Notes under the pieces: generated by a model
Seen by the model: the letters and a program-made list of their open reading frames with translations, nothing else
What the model was told of the DNA's origin: nothing
The model's database searches: none
Shown here: one piece after another, positions 17,753 through 27,141 of the stretch
Numbering within the stretch: the stretch's first letter is position 1
How the letters are laid out: every line of letters starts with the position of its first letter
Made by a program: the position numbers and the translations under genes
From: an uncultured Thermoanaerobaculia bacterium
GTDB lineage: Bacteria > Acidobacteriota > Thermoanaerobaculia > Gp7-AA8
Reading direction: 5' to 3'
DNA: 64,000 bases
NCBI GenBank assembly: GCA_964558905.1
Contig: CAZLGP010000178.1
Span: forward strand, 44,339-108,338

Positions 17753-19641
17753 TACTCCTTCGCGAGGTGCTGATTCAGGAACGCGAGGATCGCCCCATAC
17801 GCCGCGATCTGGTTCTTCTTCTTCGTGAATCCGTGTCCCTCGTCGTCGAAGACGACGTACTCGACCGGGACGCCGTTCTTTTTCACGGCGGCGACGATGT
17901 CGTCGGACTCGGCCTTGATCACGCGGGGATCGTTCGCCCCCTGGATCACGATCAGCGGCTTCTTGATCTTGTCTGCGTGAAACAGCGGCGACGCGGCCTT
18001 CAGCATCTCCAACTCCGTCTCCGGATTGCCGATCTCGTCGTACAGCGACTGGCGGCCCGCTTCCCACCACGGCGGAATGCTCTGCAGCGTGCGCACCCAG
18101 TTCGTAACGCCGAAGATGTTCACGCCGACATCGAAGACATCCGGCTGGAACGCCAGGGCCGCGGCGACCATGTACCCGCCGTAGCTGCCGCCCATGATCG
18201 CGACGCGCGTGCCGTCGACGTAGGGCAGCGAAGAAAGATATTTCTTTGCCTCGACGCAATCCCAGAGCGGCTCGCGGCCGTGCTTGCGATCGTCGGCGGT
18301 GAAGAACGTCTTGCCGTATCCCGATGAACCGCGGTTGTTGATGTCGAGCACGACGTAGCCGTGATTGGCGAGGAACTGCGCGGAGTACTTGTAGCCGCGC
18401 CGTGCCTGTCCGCCCGGTCCGCCGTGCACCATCACGATTGCCGGAGCTTTCGCCTTCGCCGTGGCCTGGTGCGGCTTGTAGAGGATGCCGGGGATGACCA
18501 TGCCGTCGAAGGACTCGAAGCGGATGACCGCTGTGTCGACGAGATCTTCAGGGTCGACTGCCTTCGTCAGAGTGTCGGTGAGGCGCGCGGTCTTCCCGGT
18601 GGTGAAGTCGTGGACGTAGAGGTTCGAGGGCGCGCGATCGGCGTCCACGTACATCGCCATCAGCTTGTCGCTCGGAGAGAACCTCACGCTGTTCACATTG
18701 CTGCCGCTCGGGAGCTTCGGCAGAGCCACGGTCTTGCCGGACTTCACGTCGATGATGCGCACGCTCGAGCGCGCGTCCTCGTTCACGACCGTCACCCGGT
18801 ATTTGCCCGTCTCCGAGAACCACGCCCGCCAGATGTCCCAGTCCGCCTTCTCGACGTCCTCGGACTTGCCGGTGGCGAGCTCGTAGCGCCGCAGGCGCTG
18901 AAATTCCGATCCGTCGTTCGTTAGGAAATACAGCCACTTCGAGGACGGATCGAAATCGGCGGCGTTGAACTCCGAGCGCCCTTTGTGCTCGGAGATCTTC
19001 TTCGTCTCAACCTTCTCGGTGTCGTGAACGAAGAGATCGTTGTCGGCGGTGCTGATGGGCTTCTCGAGCGCGATCCAGCGTCCGTCGCGAGAGATGGCCG
19101 ATGGCCCGTACCCGTCCTCGTTCTTGTAGATCAACTTCCGCTCGTAGGTCGCGGCGTCATAGCGGTAGACGTCGAAGTACTTCGGGTCGCGCTCGTTCGT
19201 CCGGACGAAGAACGACTTCCTGTCGCCGCTCCACCCTTCGAACGAGGCCTTCAGCTTCTCGCCGGGCGTGAGATCGCGCTCGCTGCCGTCTTTCTCGCGG
19301 ACGTAGAGGTGATGCAACTCGTTGCCGCCCTGATCGCGCGTGTAGAGGAAACGCCTGTCGTTCGGGAAGAACGAGACCGACGACGTCGTGTCCGTCTTCG
19401 ACGTCGTCAGCGCGCGGGCCTTGCCTCCGGCGACCGGCACCGCGTAGACGTTGCGGATCCCGCTCTCGTCGGAAGAGAACAGGATCTCCTTCTCGTCCGG
19501 AGAGAACGAGGCGCCGCCGACGGCGATCGTGTTCATGAACTGTTCGATCGTGTACTGCTTCGACGGACGCGTTTTCGCGTGGAGTGCGGAGGTCGCGGCG
19601 AGCGTGACCAGGAGGAAGAGGTGAAGGACTTTCTGCCGCAT
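17752..19641 (-). CDS. S9 family serine peptidase (prolyl oligopeptidase / dipeptidyl-peptidase type) with N-terminal beta-propeller
   Basis: Signal peptide MRQKVLHLFLLVTLAATSALHA. Propeller repeats FSPDEKEILF and similar. Catalytic GGSYGGYM (GxSxGG), later QGANDPRV and DEGHGF (Asp/His of the triad). Confidence 0.85.
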   Translation of the reverse strand: MRQKVLHLFLLVTLAATSALHAKTRPSKQYTIEQFMNTIAVGGASFSPDEKEILFSSDESGIRNVYAVPVAGGKARALTTSKTDTTSSVSFFPNDRRFLYTRDQGGNELHHLYVREKDGSERDLTPGEKLKASFEGWSGDRKSFFVRTNERDPKYFDVYRYDAATYERKLIYKNEDGYGPSAISRDGRWIALEKPISTADNDLFVHDTEKVETKKISEHKGRSEFNAADFDPSSKWLYFLTNDGSEFQRLRRYELATGKSEDVEKADWDIWRAWFSETGKYRVTVVNEDARSSVRIIDVKSGKTVALPKLPSGSNVNSVRFSPSDKLMAMYVDADRAPSNLYVHDFTTGKTARLTDTLTKAVDPEDLVDTAVIRFESFDGMVIPGILYKPHQATAKAKAPAIVMVHGGPGGQARRGYKYSAQFLANHGYVVLDINNRGSSGYGKTFFTADDRKHGREPLWDCVEAKKYLSSLPYVDGTRVAIMGGSYGGYMVAAALAFQPDVFDVGVNIFGVTNWVRTLQSIPPWWEAGRQSLYDEIGNPETELEMLKAASPLFHADKIKKPLIVIQGANDPRVIKAESDDIVAAVKKNGVPVEYVVFDDEGHGFTKKKNQIAAYGAILAFLNQHLAKE

Positions 19642-19700
19642 GGCGCGCAGTCTACCGTGTCATCATCGTCGTCTCCGAAAATCCAGCGCGAGGGACGACG

Positions 19701-20363
19701 ATGCTCACACGAATTGCCAGGGGACGGACCGACCTCGTCTTCGACGCCGTCGCGGACGGGCTGCCGGCGACCGCCGCCGATGAGAATGGCGTGGCGTTGA
19801 TCCGGTGGTGCGCTTACTACGGCGATGTGAGCGCGATTCGATTCCTGCTCGATCATGGGGAGTCGCTTGCCGCTCTTTCGGCGACCTCGCTCAACGAAGC
19901 GGCCTTCCACGGCCACTGGAGGTTGTGCGAGTTCCTCATTGAACGCGGTGCCGATGTGAACCTCCCGCTCCCGGACACCGGCGAGACGCCCCTTCACGCC
20001 GCGCTGTGCACGGCCGATCGCGTAGCGCATGACCTCGTCCTGAAGATTCTCCTCGCCAACGGCGCGGATCCGAACCGCGCCACGACGCCGTCGGTCGAAA
20101 CCGGGGCCTTCATGCGGGACTGCCGAACGAAAGGCGAAACGCCCCTGCACAGGGCGGCGGCCTTCGGCACGGAGGAGACCATCCAGCTTCTTCTGGATCG
20201 TGGAGCGATCATCGACGCCAGAGACATGAATGGAGATTCGCCGCTGAGCTGGGCGAGTTGGTACGGGCGGCCCGACTCGATTCTGAGGAAGCTCTGTTAT
20301 GGCGGTTTTCTCATTCGTCCAGAGCGAAAGAGCATGAGGGCAAACCTTCAAGGAACCCCCTGA
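19701..20363 (+). CDS. Ankyrin repeat protein
   Basis: Repeats such as GETPLHAALC...LKILLANGADPN and GETPLHRAAAFGTEETIQLLLDRGAIIDARDMNGDSPLSWA. Confidence 0.8.
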   Translation: MLTRIARGRTDLVFDAVADGLPATAADENGVALIRWCAYYGDVSAIRFLLDHGESLAALSATSLNEAAFHGHWRLCEFLIERGADVNLPLPDTGETPLHAALCTADRVAHDLVLKILLANGADPNRATTPSVETGAFMRDCRTKGETPLHRAAAFGTEETIQLLLDRGAIIDARDMNGDSPLSWASWYGRPDSILRKLCYGGFLIRPERKSMRANLQGTP

Positions 20364-20380
20364 CGTTCACTCACGTCCGC

Positions 20381-21712
20381 ATGGAACCGCGACGGTTTCG
20401 TGAGACGATCTCCACTCGAATCGTGAGGATTTCCGGCCGATCCCCCTCCCTCGCCACATGGGCGTTGTTTGCTCTCGTCTGCGGCCTTGCCCTCGGGATG
20501 CTGGGGCATGGGCGGAATGCTCCGTTCTTCGGTCATCTCGAGACGATCGTCAAGCCCTTCGGCGCGATCTGGATGGCGGCACTGCAGTTCGTGCTGCTGC
20601 CGCTCATCGCCGGGCAGTTGCTCTCCGCAATTACTGGGGCCGGCGAAGGCGCGCGCGTGGGGCGGCTCGGGCTGCGGGCGATGGTGCTCTTCGTGGTCAT
20701 GCTGGCCGTGGCCGGAGTGTTCACGGCCATCATCACGCCTTCGATCCTCAGCCTCTATCGCGTCGATCCGGCGATGGCCACCTCGCTCGAAGGGAAAAGC
20801 GAGTTGCCGGCCGAGGCGCAGCGCGAGTCGGGAAGTGGGCTGCCGAACAATTTGATCGAGGCGGCGCGCAAGGGGCAGATCCTCCCCATCCTGATCTTCA
20901 CCGCCCTCTTCGGTGCGGCCGTGCGCCGCCTTCCGGATGAGCGACGGGTCCCCCTCACTCGCGTCTTTCAGGGACTGGCCGAGGCGATGCTGATCGTGGT
21001 GCGGTGGATCCTGATCGGCACGCCGGCCGGTGTGTTCGGGCTCACGTATGTCGCCGCGCTACACGCCGGCGGGGCCGCGGCCGGGATGATGACCGCGTTC
21101 ATCGTTCTCGTCTGCGCACTGCTGGCGCTCTGCATCGTCCTGCTCTATCCGATCACCGCGCTACTGGGCAGGACGTCGATGCGTACGTTCGCTCGGGCGG
21201 CCGCTCCGGCGCAGGTCGTGGCCGTCAGTACGTTGTCCTCGATCGCGGCTCTTCCCGCGCTGGTGCAGGGCGGCGCCGACCATCTCCGGCTGCCGGCGAA
21301 GTACACCGGCTTCGTCCTGCCGTTGTGCGTCTCGGTCTTCAAGTTGAACCGCACCGTCTCGGCGACGGCGAAGCTCCTCTTTCTCGCCTACATCTATGGC
21401 GTGCCGATCGGCATCGGAACGTTCGCCGTATTCCTGGTGACCGTGATCCTCCTCAGCTTCAGCGCGGTCGGCGTCCCGCAGGGTGGGGTGGCGTTCAGCA
21501 CGTTGCCGGCCTACGTGGCCGCCGGCATCCCGCTGGAGGGGATCATCGTTCTGGAGGCGACGGCGATGGCTCCCGACATGTTGAAAACGGTGCTCAACGT
21601 AACCGCCAACATGTCCGTGGCTACGTTGCTGTCGCGCTCCATCCGCGGCAGCGCCGGCGCGGAAGTGGACGGCGATCGAGTCCCTGCACTCGCTCCTGAG
21701 AGCATCGCGTGA
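20381..21712 (+). CDS. Dicarboxylate/amino acid:cation symporter (DAACS family)
   Basis: From ATG 20381. Polytopic, with VSTLSSIAALPALV (SSxxxLP-like reentrant loop) and GVPQGGVAFSTLPAYVAAGIPLEGIIVLEATAMAPDMLKTVLNVTANM (the family's D-x-x-x-T-x-x-N-V motif region). Confidence 0.7.
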   Translation: MEPRRFRETISTRIVRISGRSPSLATWALFALVCGLALGMLGHGRNAPFFGHLETIVKPFGAIWMAALQFVLLPLIAGQLLSAITGAGEGARVGRLGLRAMVLFVVMLAVAGVFTAIITPSILSLYRVDPAMATSLEGKSELPAEAQRESGSGLPNNLIEAARKGQILPILIFTALFGAAVRRLPDERRVPLTRVFQGLAEAMLIVVRWILIGTPAGVFGLTYVAALHAGGAAAGMMTAFIVLVCALLALCIVLLYPITALLGRTSMRTFARAAAPAQVVAVSTLSSIAALPALVQGGADHLRLPAKYTGFVLPLCVSVFKLNRTVSATAKLLFLAYIYGVPIGIGTFAVFLVTVILLSFSAVGVPQGGVAFSTLPAYVAAGIPLEGIIVLEATAMAPDMLKTVLNVTANMSVATLLSRSIRGSAGAEVDGDRVPALAPESIA

Positions 21713-23451
21713 AGGAGTCCCTCGCTCTTCCGCTCCGTCTTCTGCGCCTCGAGCCGCGCCACATCCTGCGATTTGCCGCCGCCTCGATCGGCCGCGCCGC
21801 GCTGACGTCGCTCTCGATTCTCATCATCTACCGGTTCCTGGCCGGCGTGCTGGTGAGGGGAGAAGGGCTTTCGCTCTGGCTGGCCGTCGGGCTCTTGCTC
21901 GTGGCCCAGCTCGGCGCCGCGGCGTTGGCCTATGACGCGCGCCTGAGCGAGCAGCGGGTCGTCGCCGTCATCGAGCTCGGGACGATGGATCGCCTGATCC
22001 GCCACATCCTCAGCCTCTCGGCCGGCTTCTTCGACGGCCGCACGCACGGCGATCTCGTTCAAAGCGTGCGTCAGGACGTGACCAACCTCCGTCTCGTCAC
22101 CGTCTCCGGCGCGCAACTGCTGCTCGAGAGCGTGCAGGCTGTCGGCCTCATCGCCGTCGCCGTCAGTCTCAGCCCGTCGCTCGCCGTCTGGGCGTTCCTG
22201 CTCATCCCGGTGGCCGCCGTTCCGATCACGCTCTTCGCCAAGCGAACGCTGGCCCGGTCGTTCGGCGTGCGGAGGGGGAGCGTGGTCATCTTCGACATGC
22301 TCCTGCAACTGCTGCACGGAATCCGGATCATCAAGATCTACGGGGCCGAGCAGGCCGAGGCCGAACGAACACACGATCGGACGCGCCAGTTCTACGACGA
22401 GCTGATCGGGATGGAGCGCGTGCGCGCCCTGGCCCGTGTGGCGCTCGAGTCGATGGCCGGGATCAGCATTGTCGCGGTGGTCATCGTGGGCGGGTTCCAG
22501 GTGCTGTCGGGAACCCTCGGCTGGCCCGAACTGCTGGCCTTCCTCCTCGCCGCTCGCGCCGTGCAGGGACCGCTGAACAACATCAATACGGCCTGGCTCG
22601 AGATCCAGCGTCACGGCGCCAGCGTGGCGAACATCGAGGCTCTGCTGCAGAGGATTCCGGACCTTCGTGATCGTCCGGATGCCCTGCGGCTGCACGAGGC
22701 GCCACGGCGCATCGTTGCACGCGACCTGGGGCTCGTCATCAACGGCTGCACGATCCTCGAGAAGGTCTCGTTCGAGATCCATGCGGGCGAGACGCTGGCC
22801 ATCATCGGACCCTCCGGCGGAGGGAAGACGAGCCTGCTCAACCTCCTGGCCCGCTTCTACGATCCGACCTCCGGCGCGGTCGAGTACGACGGGACGGACC
22901 TGCGCGACCTGCGGCTCACGGACGTTCACGCCAAAATGGCCCTCGTCGCGCAGGATCCGTTTCTCTTCCAGACTACGATCGCGGACAACATCCGCCGCGG
23001 CCGTCCCGACGCGACGGATGCCGAGGTGGAGGCGGCGGCGCGAGCGGCCGAGATTCACGACGACATCATGGCCATGCCCGATGGCTACGACACGCTCGTA
23101 GGCCATGGTGCGCGGGCGCTGTCGCGCGGCGAGGCCCAGCGCGTCAACATCGCCCGGGCCTTCCTGAAGGACGCTCCCATCCTCCTGCTCGACGAGGCGA
23201 CGTCGAGCCTCGATCCCTACGCCGAGGCGCGCGTGCAGCGGGCCGTGGACCGGCTGGTTGCGGGGCGTCTGGCGATCTCGGTCGCCCATCGCCTGGCCGC
23301 CGTTCGCAATGCGACGCGCATCGTCGTGCTGGAAGGGGGAAAGATGGTCGGCCGGGGCTCACATGCCGAGTTGCTGGCCGGCTGCACGACCTACCAGAGA
23401 CTGTGGAACGCGCAATCGCATCGCGAGACGCAACATCAGGACGTCGGATGA
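21709..23451 (+). CDS. ABC transporter, fused permease/ATPase exporter (MsbA-like type)
   Basis: GTG 21709 overlaps the symporter TGA (GTGA). Six-TM N-terminal half. Walker A GPSGGGKTSLLN, signature LSRGEAQRVNIARA, Walker B ILLLDEATSSLD, H-loop VAHRL. Confidence 0.9.
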   Translation: MKESLALPLRLLRLEPRHILRFAAASIGRAALTSLSILIIYRFLAGVLVRGEGLSLWLAVGLLLVAQLGAAALAYDARLSEQRVVAVIELGTMDRLIRHILSLSAGFFDGRTHGDLVQSVRQDVTNLRLVTVSGAQLLLESVQAVGLIAVAVSLSPSLAVWAFLLIPVAAVPITLFAKRTLARSFGVRRGSVVIFDMLLQLLHGIRIIKIYGAEQAEAERTHDRTRQFYDELIGMERVRALARVALESMAGISIVAVVIVGGFQVLSGTLGWPELLAFLLAARAVQGPLNNINTAWLEIQRHGASVANIEALLQRIPDLRDRPDALRLHEAPRRIVARDLGLVINGCTILEKVSFEIHAGETLAIIGPSGGGKTSLLNLLARFYDPTSGAVEYDGTDLRDLRLTDVHAKMALVAQDPFLFQTTIADNIRRGRPDATDAEVEAAARAAEIHDDIMAMPDGYDTLVGHGARALSRGEAQRVNIARAFLKDAPILLLDEATSSLDPYAEARVQRAVDRLVAGRLAISVAHRLAAVRNATRIVVLEGGKMVGRGSHAELLAGCTTYQRLWNAQSHRETQHQDVG

Positions 23452-24605
23452 TTCACTACCTGACGCTGACCGACCGCTGGATGTTCTCGGAATATCTCGA
23501 GTATTGGGGCCGCGAGCTCGCAGAGTCGAGGATTCGAATCCTCCGCTACGAGGCACTCCTGGGCGAGACCCGCTTCGAGCCCGGCACCTACGTTTTCTCC
23601 ACGATCGAAGAGGTCGCCCCGCCGATGGAGCGGTTCATCGACGAGCTCGCTCTGCGTCTCGCCGAGCAGCCCGGCGTGCATCTTTTCAATGACCCGAGGC
23701 GCGTGCTGAGGCGCTTCGATCTGCACGCGGAGCTTTGGCGGCAGGGGCGCAGCCGCTTCCGCAGCCTGCGCGTCACCGACGATCTGAGCGATGTTCGCTT
23801 CCCGGTGTTCCTCCGCTCGGAGCGATGTCACGACGGAGCGCTGTCGCCACTGCTCGACTCCCATCAGGAAGTGGAGACCTGGATCGGCCGGGCCCTCGCT
23901 CTCGGACGGCCGCTGCACGACCTGATGGTCGTCGAGTTCTGCGAGACCGCCGACGCCGCCGGGTGGTATCGCAAGTATGCCGCCTTCAACGTCGGCGGAC
24001 GGATCATCGCGCGCAGCATGAACTACGGGCGGCACTGGATGCTCAAGTTCGGCGACAACGAATTCACCGTGGCCATGGCGGAGGAGGAGCTCGAGTACGT
24101 GCGCCGCAACCCGCATGCGCAGGAGCTGGCGGAGATCTTCGCCATCGCCCGCACCGACTACGGGCGGATCGACTACTCGATCAAGGAGGGCCACGTACAA
24201 CCGTGGGAGATCAATCTCAATCCGACTATCGGGCGGGGACTGCGACCCTCGAGCCGGAACATCGAGCCGGAGCTGCGCGGGATTCGTGAGGAAACGAAGG
24301 GAGCCTTCTACGCGCGCTTCAACGAAGCGTGGGCGGCCGTCGAGGGGCCGGACATCGACCGGACGCCGATGACGATCCACCTCGATCCGGCGATCGTCGC
24401 CGCGGCACGCGCCGACCACAGAGGCCGCTGGCGTACCAGACCTGCGCTCATCGCCGCCGGCATGCGACTGGTGAAACCGCTGATGAAGACGCCGGTCCGG
24501 CCCCTGTTGCGCATGCTCTACCGCTTACCCAAGCGGCTCGTGCACGCCAGCGGCGCGCCCATCTTTCGACTCCTCGGCCGACGTGCGCGTCAGAAGCGCG
24601 CGTGA
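23448..24605 (+). CDS. Hypothetical protein, possibly ATP-grasp fold
   Basis: ATG 23448 overlaps the ABC gene TGA (ATGA). Segments FPVFLRSERCHDG, LMVVEFCE, YRKYAAFNVGGRIIA and YGRIDYSIKEGHVQPWEINLNP resemble the strand order and the D...E-x-N Mg/ATP site of ATP-grasp ligases. No family recognised with certainty. Confidence 0.4.
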   Translation: MIHYLTLTDRWMFSEYLEYWGRELAESRIRILRYEALLGETRFEPGTYVFSTIEEVAPPMERFIDELALRLAEQPGVHLFNDPRRVLRRFDLHAELWRQGRSRFRSLRVTDDLSDVRFPVFLRSERCHDGALSPLLDSHQEVETWIGRALALGRPLHDLMVVEFCETADAAGWYRKYAAFNVGGRIIARSMNYGRHWMLKFGDNEFTVAMAEEELEYVRRNPHAQELAEIFAIARTDYGRIDYSIKEGHVQPWEINLNPTIGRGLRPSSRNIEPELRGIREETKGAFYARFNEAWAAVEGPDIDRTPMTIHLDPAIVAAARADHRGRWRTRPALIAAGMRLVKPLMKTPVRPLLRMLYRLPKRLVHASGAPIFRLLGRRARQKRA

Positions 24606-25526
24606 GTAGGCGACCGACTCGCCCGCCAGCGATGCCGCGTGTCCGGCCATGGCCAGGGGCCAGGTCAACAGGAGCGTTCCGAGCTCGCCAGCCCGCAGAC
24701 AATGGACGAAGACGTGGCCCGCGACCTTCAGCAGCCGGATCGGAAGGACCGACACCGCGAGATAGAGCGCGATCGCGGGGCGCCGCTGCAGCCAAGCCGC
24801 CCGCATCCGACCATACACCTTTCCGCGCACGTAGCGCTCGGCCAGAAATCCACGGATCGACTGCGTGTGGTGATGCTCGACCACGGCCGTGCCGACGAAG
24901 GTCAATGTCCGGCCGAGAGCTTCGAGCGATCGGCTGAGCTCCACGTCGGCGACGTAGTGCTCGCCGCGCATCCTGCCCACGCGTTCGAAGTCTGATCGTG
25001 CGATGAGGAGGTTTGCGGTGGGACCGATGTCGATCGTTCGTACCCGGCCGGTCGGCAGGAACTTGCTGAACTTGCAGAGATGGATGGCCCGATGGCGGAG
25101 ATCGCGGCCATGACAGCCGATCGCGCCGACGATCACCTGCGAAGTGCGGTCGTAGGCGTTGACCAGCGTCTCCAGCCAATCAGGCCTCGCGTAGACATCG
25201 CCATCGAGGCAGACGAACAGCTCGCCCCTGGTCAGCGCCGCGCCGCGGTTGCGCGCCTCGTGGGGATACAACCTCGTCGCGCTCCGCTCGAACCGCACCT
25301 CCGGGAACCGCGAGACGACGCGCGCCGTCTCCTCGTCCGGCGAGCTGTCGACGACCACCACCTCGAAATCGCGATACGTCTGCGTGCGCAGCGACTCGAG
25401 ACATCGCCCGATCGTCGCCGACGCCAGGTATGCGGGGGTGACGACCGAGACTCGTGGTCGTCGCGGCTGCTCGCCACGGTCGGGGTGATCGGCAATGCAG
25501 CCGGCTGAGGACATCTTCGCGATCAT
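24525..25526 (-). CDS. Glycosyltransferase family 2 with C-terminal membrane segments (start uncertain: 25571, 25526 or 25514)
   Basis: VSVVTPAYLASATIGRCLESLRTQTYRDFEVVVVDSSPDEET ... LFVCLDGDV (GT-A DxD). The 3' end overlaps the convergent gene by 81 nt (24525-24605). Confidence 0.75.
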   Translation of the reverse strand: MIAKMSSAGCIADHPDRGEQPRRPRVSVVTPAYLASATIGRCLESLRTQTYRDFEVVVVDSSPDEETARVVSRFPEVRFERSATRLYPHEARNRGAALTRGELFVCLDGDVYARPDWLETLVNAYDRTSQVIVGAIGCHGRDLRHRAIHLCKFSKFLPTGRVRTIDIGPTANLLIARSDFERVGRMRGEHYVADVELSRSLEALGRTLTFVGTAVVEHHHTQSIRGFLAERYVRGKVYGRMRAAWLQRRPAIALYLAVSVLPIRLLKVAGHVFVHCLRAGELGTLLLTWPLAMAGHAASLAGESVAYSRALLTRTSAEESKDGRAAGVHEPLG

Positions 25527-25631
25527 ACACACGCCGCTCGAAACGTCACGTCGCAAGGTGACTCCGGTCACTCCCGCCCTCCCCCATCCGCACTGACGCG
25601 CTTTCCCTCTCGCATTCAGGCTGTCATCACC

Positions 25632-26975
25632 ATGACCATCTCTTTAGAGCACGACGTTGCACGCGCTTCCTTTGGTCTCATCAGCGCGGTCTTCACGTCA
25701 ATGGGGCGACACCTGCTCTGCCTCGATGAGAACTTCCGCGTCCTACATGCCTCTTCGAGCATGCGCGAGCTTCTCGGCGGTGAGACGTTTGGCCCGCTGG
25801 AGGGACGTCCCGTCGCAGACCTGATCGGCAAGGATCTCTTCGGTCACGACGCGCCGCTGCGCGACGCACTCCTCTCCGGCGAGCGCCGCGAGGGCTGGCG
25901 CGCACTTCTGCACACGGCCCAGGGAATCCGGCCGCTCGCGATCACCGCGGCGCCATTGACCGATGAGGCCGGTCAGGCCTGCGACCCGCGCGCGCGGTAC
26001 ATCGTGATGATCCTGCCGGCCGAGGACGAGCATTTCGCGGCCGGTGCGGGACCGGCTGTGCTGTCGGGTCTGATCGCGAGATCCACCGCGATGTCGCGCA
26101 TCTTCCATCTCGTCGAGAACCTGCAGTCGAGCGACGCTCCGGTACTGCTCACGGGCGAGCGGGGGACGGGAAAGGAGGTCGTCGCCAGAGCCATCCACGA
26201 GCATTCGCCGCGCCGCCGCGGACCGTTCGTGACCGTCAACTGCGCCGCGTTACCTCCGGAGCTGCTGGACAGCGAGCTGTTCGGTCATGTGCGCGGCGCG
26301 TTCGTGGGCGCGGTGCGGGATCGTGTGGGACGCTTCGAGCTCGCCGCGCAGGGGACGATTTTTCTCGACGAGGTCAATGAGATTCCGCTTGCGATTCAGA
26401 CGAAACTCCTGCGTGTTCTCCAGGAGCACACATATGAACGCGTCGGAGAAACGCAGACGCGCGTGACCGATGCACGCATGATCGCGGCGACGAACGTCGA
26501 CCTGCGGGACGCCGTCGCACGCGGCACGTTCCGCGAGGATCTTTACTACCGGCTGCGGACCGTGCCGATCGAGATCCCGCCGCTGCGTGCAAGGCGTGAG
26601 GACATCGAGCCGCTCGCCCGGCTGCTGCTCCGGCGCGTCGGCGAGTTGCACGGACGCCACCTGCGTTTCGCGCCGGAGGTGATCCGTCTCTTCCTCACTT
26701 ATTCGTGGCCCGGCAACGTCCAGGAGCTCGAGACGGCGATCGAGTACGCCGTTGCCGTGACGAAGGGGCCGGTGATCCAGCCGGAGGATGTGCCGGTGGA
26801 GCTCAACGGTCAGGCGGTGGTGCCGCCGGCCGCGGAGGCGGCGGTACTCTCGGAGTCGCAACAGCTGCGCACGGCGCTCGAATCGCACCGCTGGCGACGC
26901 GAAGAGACCGCCCGCGCCCTCGGCATCAGCCGCGCGACGCTGTGGCGGCGGATGCGGGAGTTCGGGCTGTTGTGA
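25632..26975 (+). CDS. Sigma-54-dependent transcriptional activator (PAS-like sensor, AAA+ domain, Fis-type HTH)
   Basis: Walker A LLTGERGTGKEVVARAIH. ELFGHVRGAFVGA (GAFTGA-type loop). Walker B TIFLDEV. R-finger region FREDLYYRL. C-terminal HTH ARALGISRATLWRRMREFGL. Confidence 0.9.
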   Translation: MTISLEHDVARASFGLISAVFTSMGRHLLCLDENFRVLHASSSMRELLGGETFGPLEGRPVADLIGKDLFGHDAPLRDALLSGERREGWRALLHTAQGIRPLAITAAPLTDEAGQACDPRARYIVMILPAEDEHFAAGAGPAVLSGLIARSTAMSRIFHLVENLQSSDAPVLLTGERGTGKEVVARAIHEHSPRRRGPFVTVNCAALPPELLDSELFGHVRGAFVGAVRDRVGRFELAAQGTIFLDEVNEIPLAIQTKLLRVLQEHTYERVGETQTRVTDARMIAATNVDLRDAVARGTFREDLYYRLRTVPIEIPPLRARREDIEPLARLLLRRVGELHGRHLRFAPEVIRLFLTYSWPGNVQELETAIEYAVAVTKGPVIQPEDVPVELNGQAVVPPAAEAAVLSESQQLRTALESHRWRREETARALGISRATLWRRMREFGLL

Positions 26976-26984
26976 CCCCCCCGT

Positions 26985-27130
26985 CAACTCTGAGCGCAGC
27001 GAAGAGTCAACGGAGCCCCCAACTCTGAGCGCAGCGAAGAGTCAACGGAGCCCTCTCGTGAAGCGATCCTCGTGCGCATGAGGCTCGCTTTACGAGAGGG
27101 CTCCCTTGATCCTTCGCTTCGCTCAGGATT
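26985..27130. repeat. Family E long hairpin element, copy E1 (left arm tandemly duplicated)
   Basis: caactctgagcgcagcgaagagtcaacggagccc occurs twice in tandem (26985-27018 and 27020-27053). Inner stem ggagccctctcgt / acgagagggctcc. Right arm gagggctcccttgatccttcgcttcgctcaggatt (27097-27130) is shared almost identically with E2 and E3. Lies between convergent stops at 26975 and 27142. Confidence 0.85.
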
Positions 27131-27141
27131 AGTTTAGTTGG

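Noticed and set aside
19533-20351. 272-aa minus-strand ORF opposite the ankyrin gene.
   Set aside because: It is antisense to a gene with clear ankyrin repeats, and its translation has no recognisable features.
23524-23545. tRNA T-arm-like sequence gaggattcgaatcctc.
   Set aside because: It lies inside a CDS (encoding ESRIRILRY). No acceptor, D or anticodon arms can be drawn around it.
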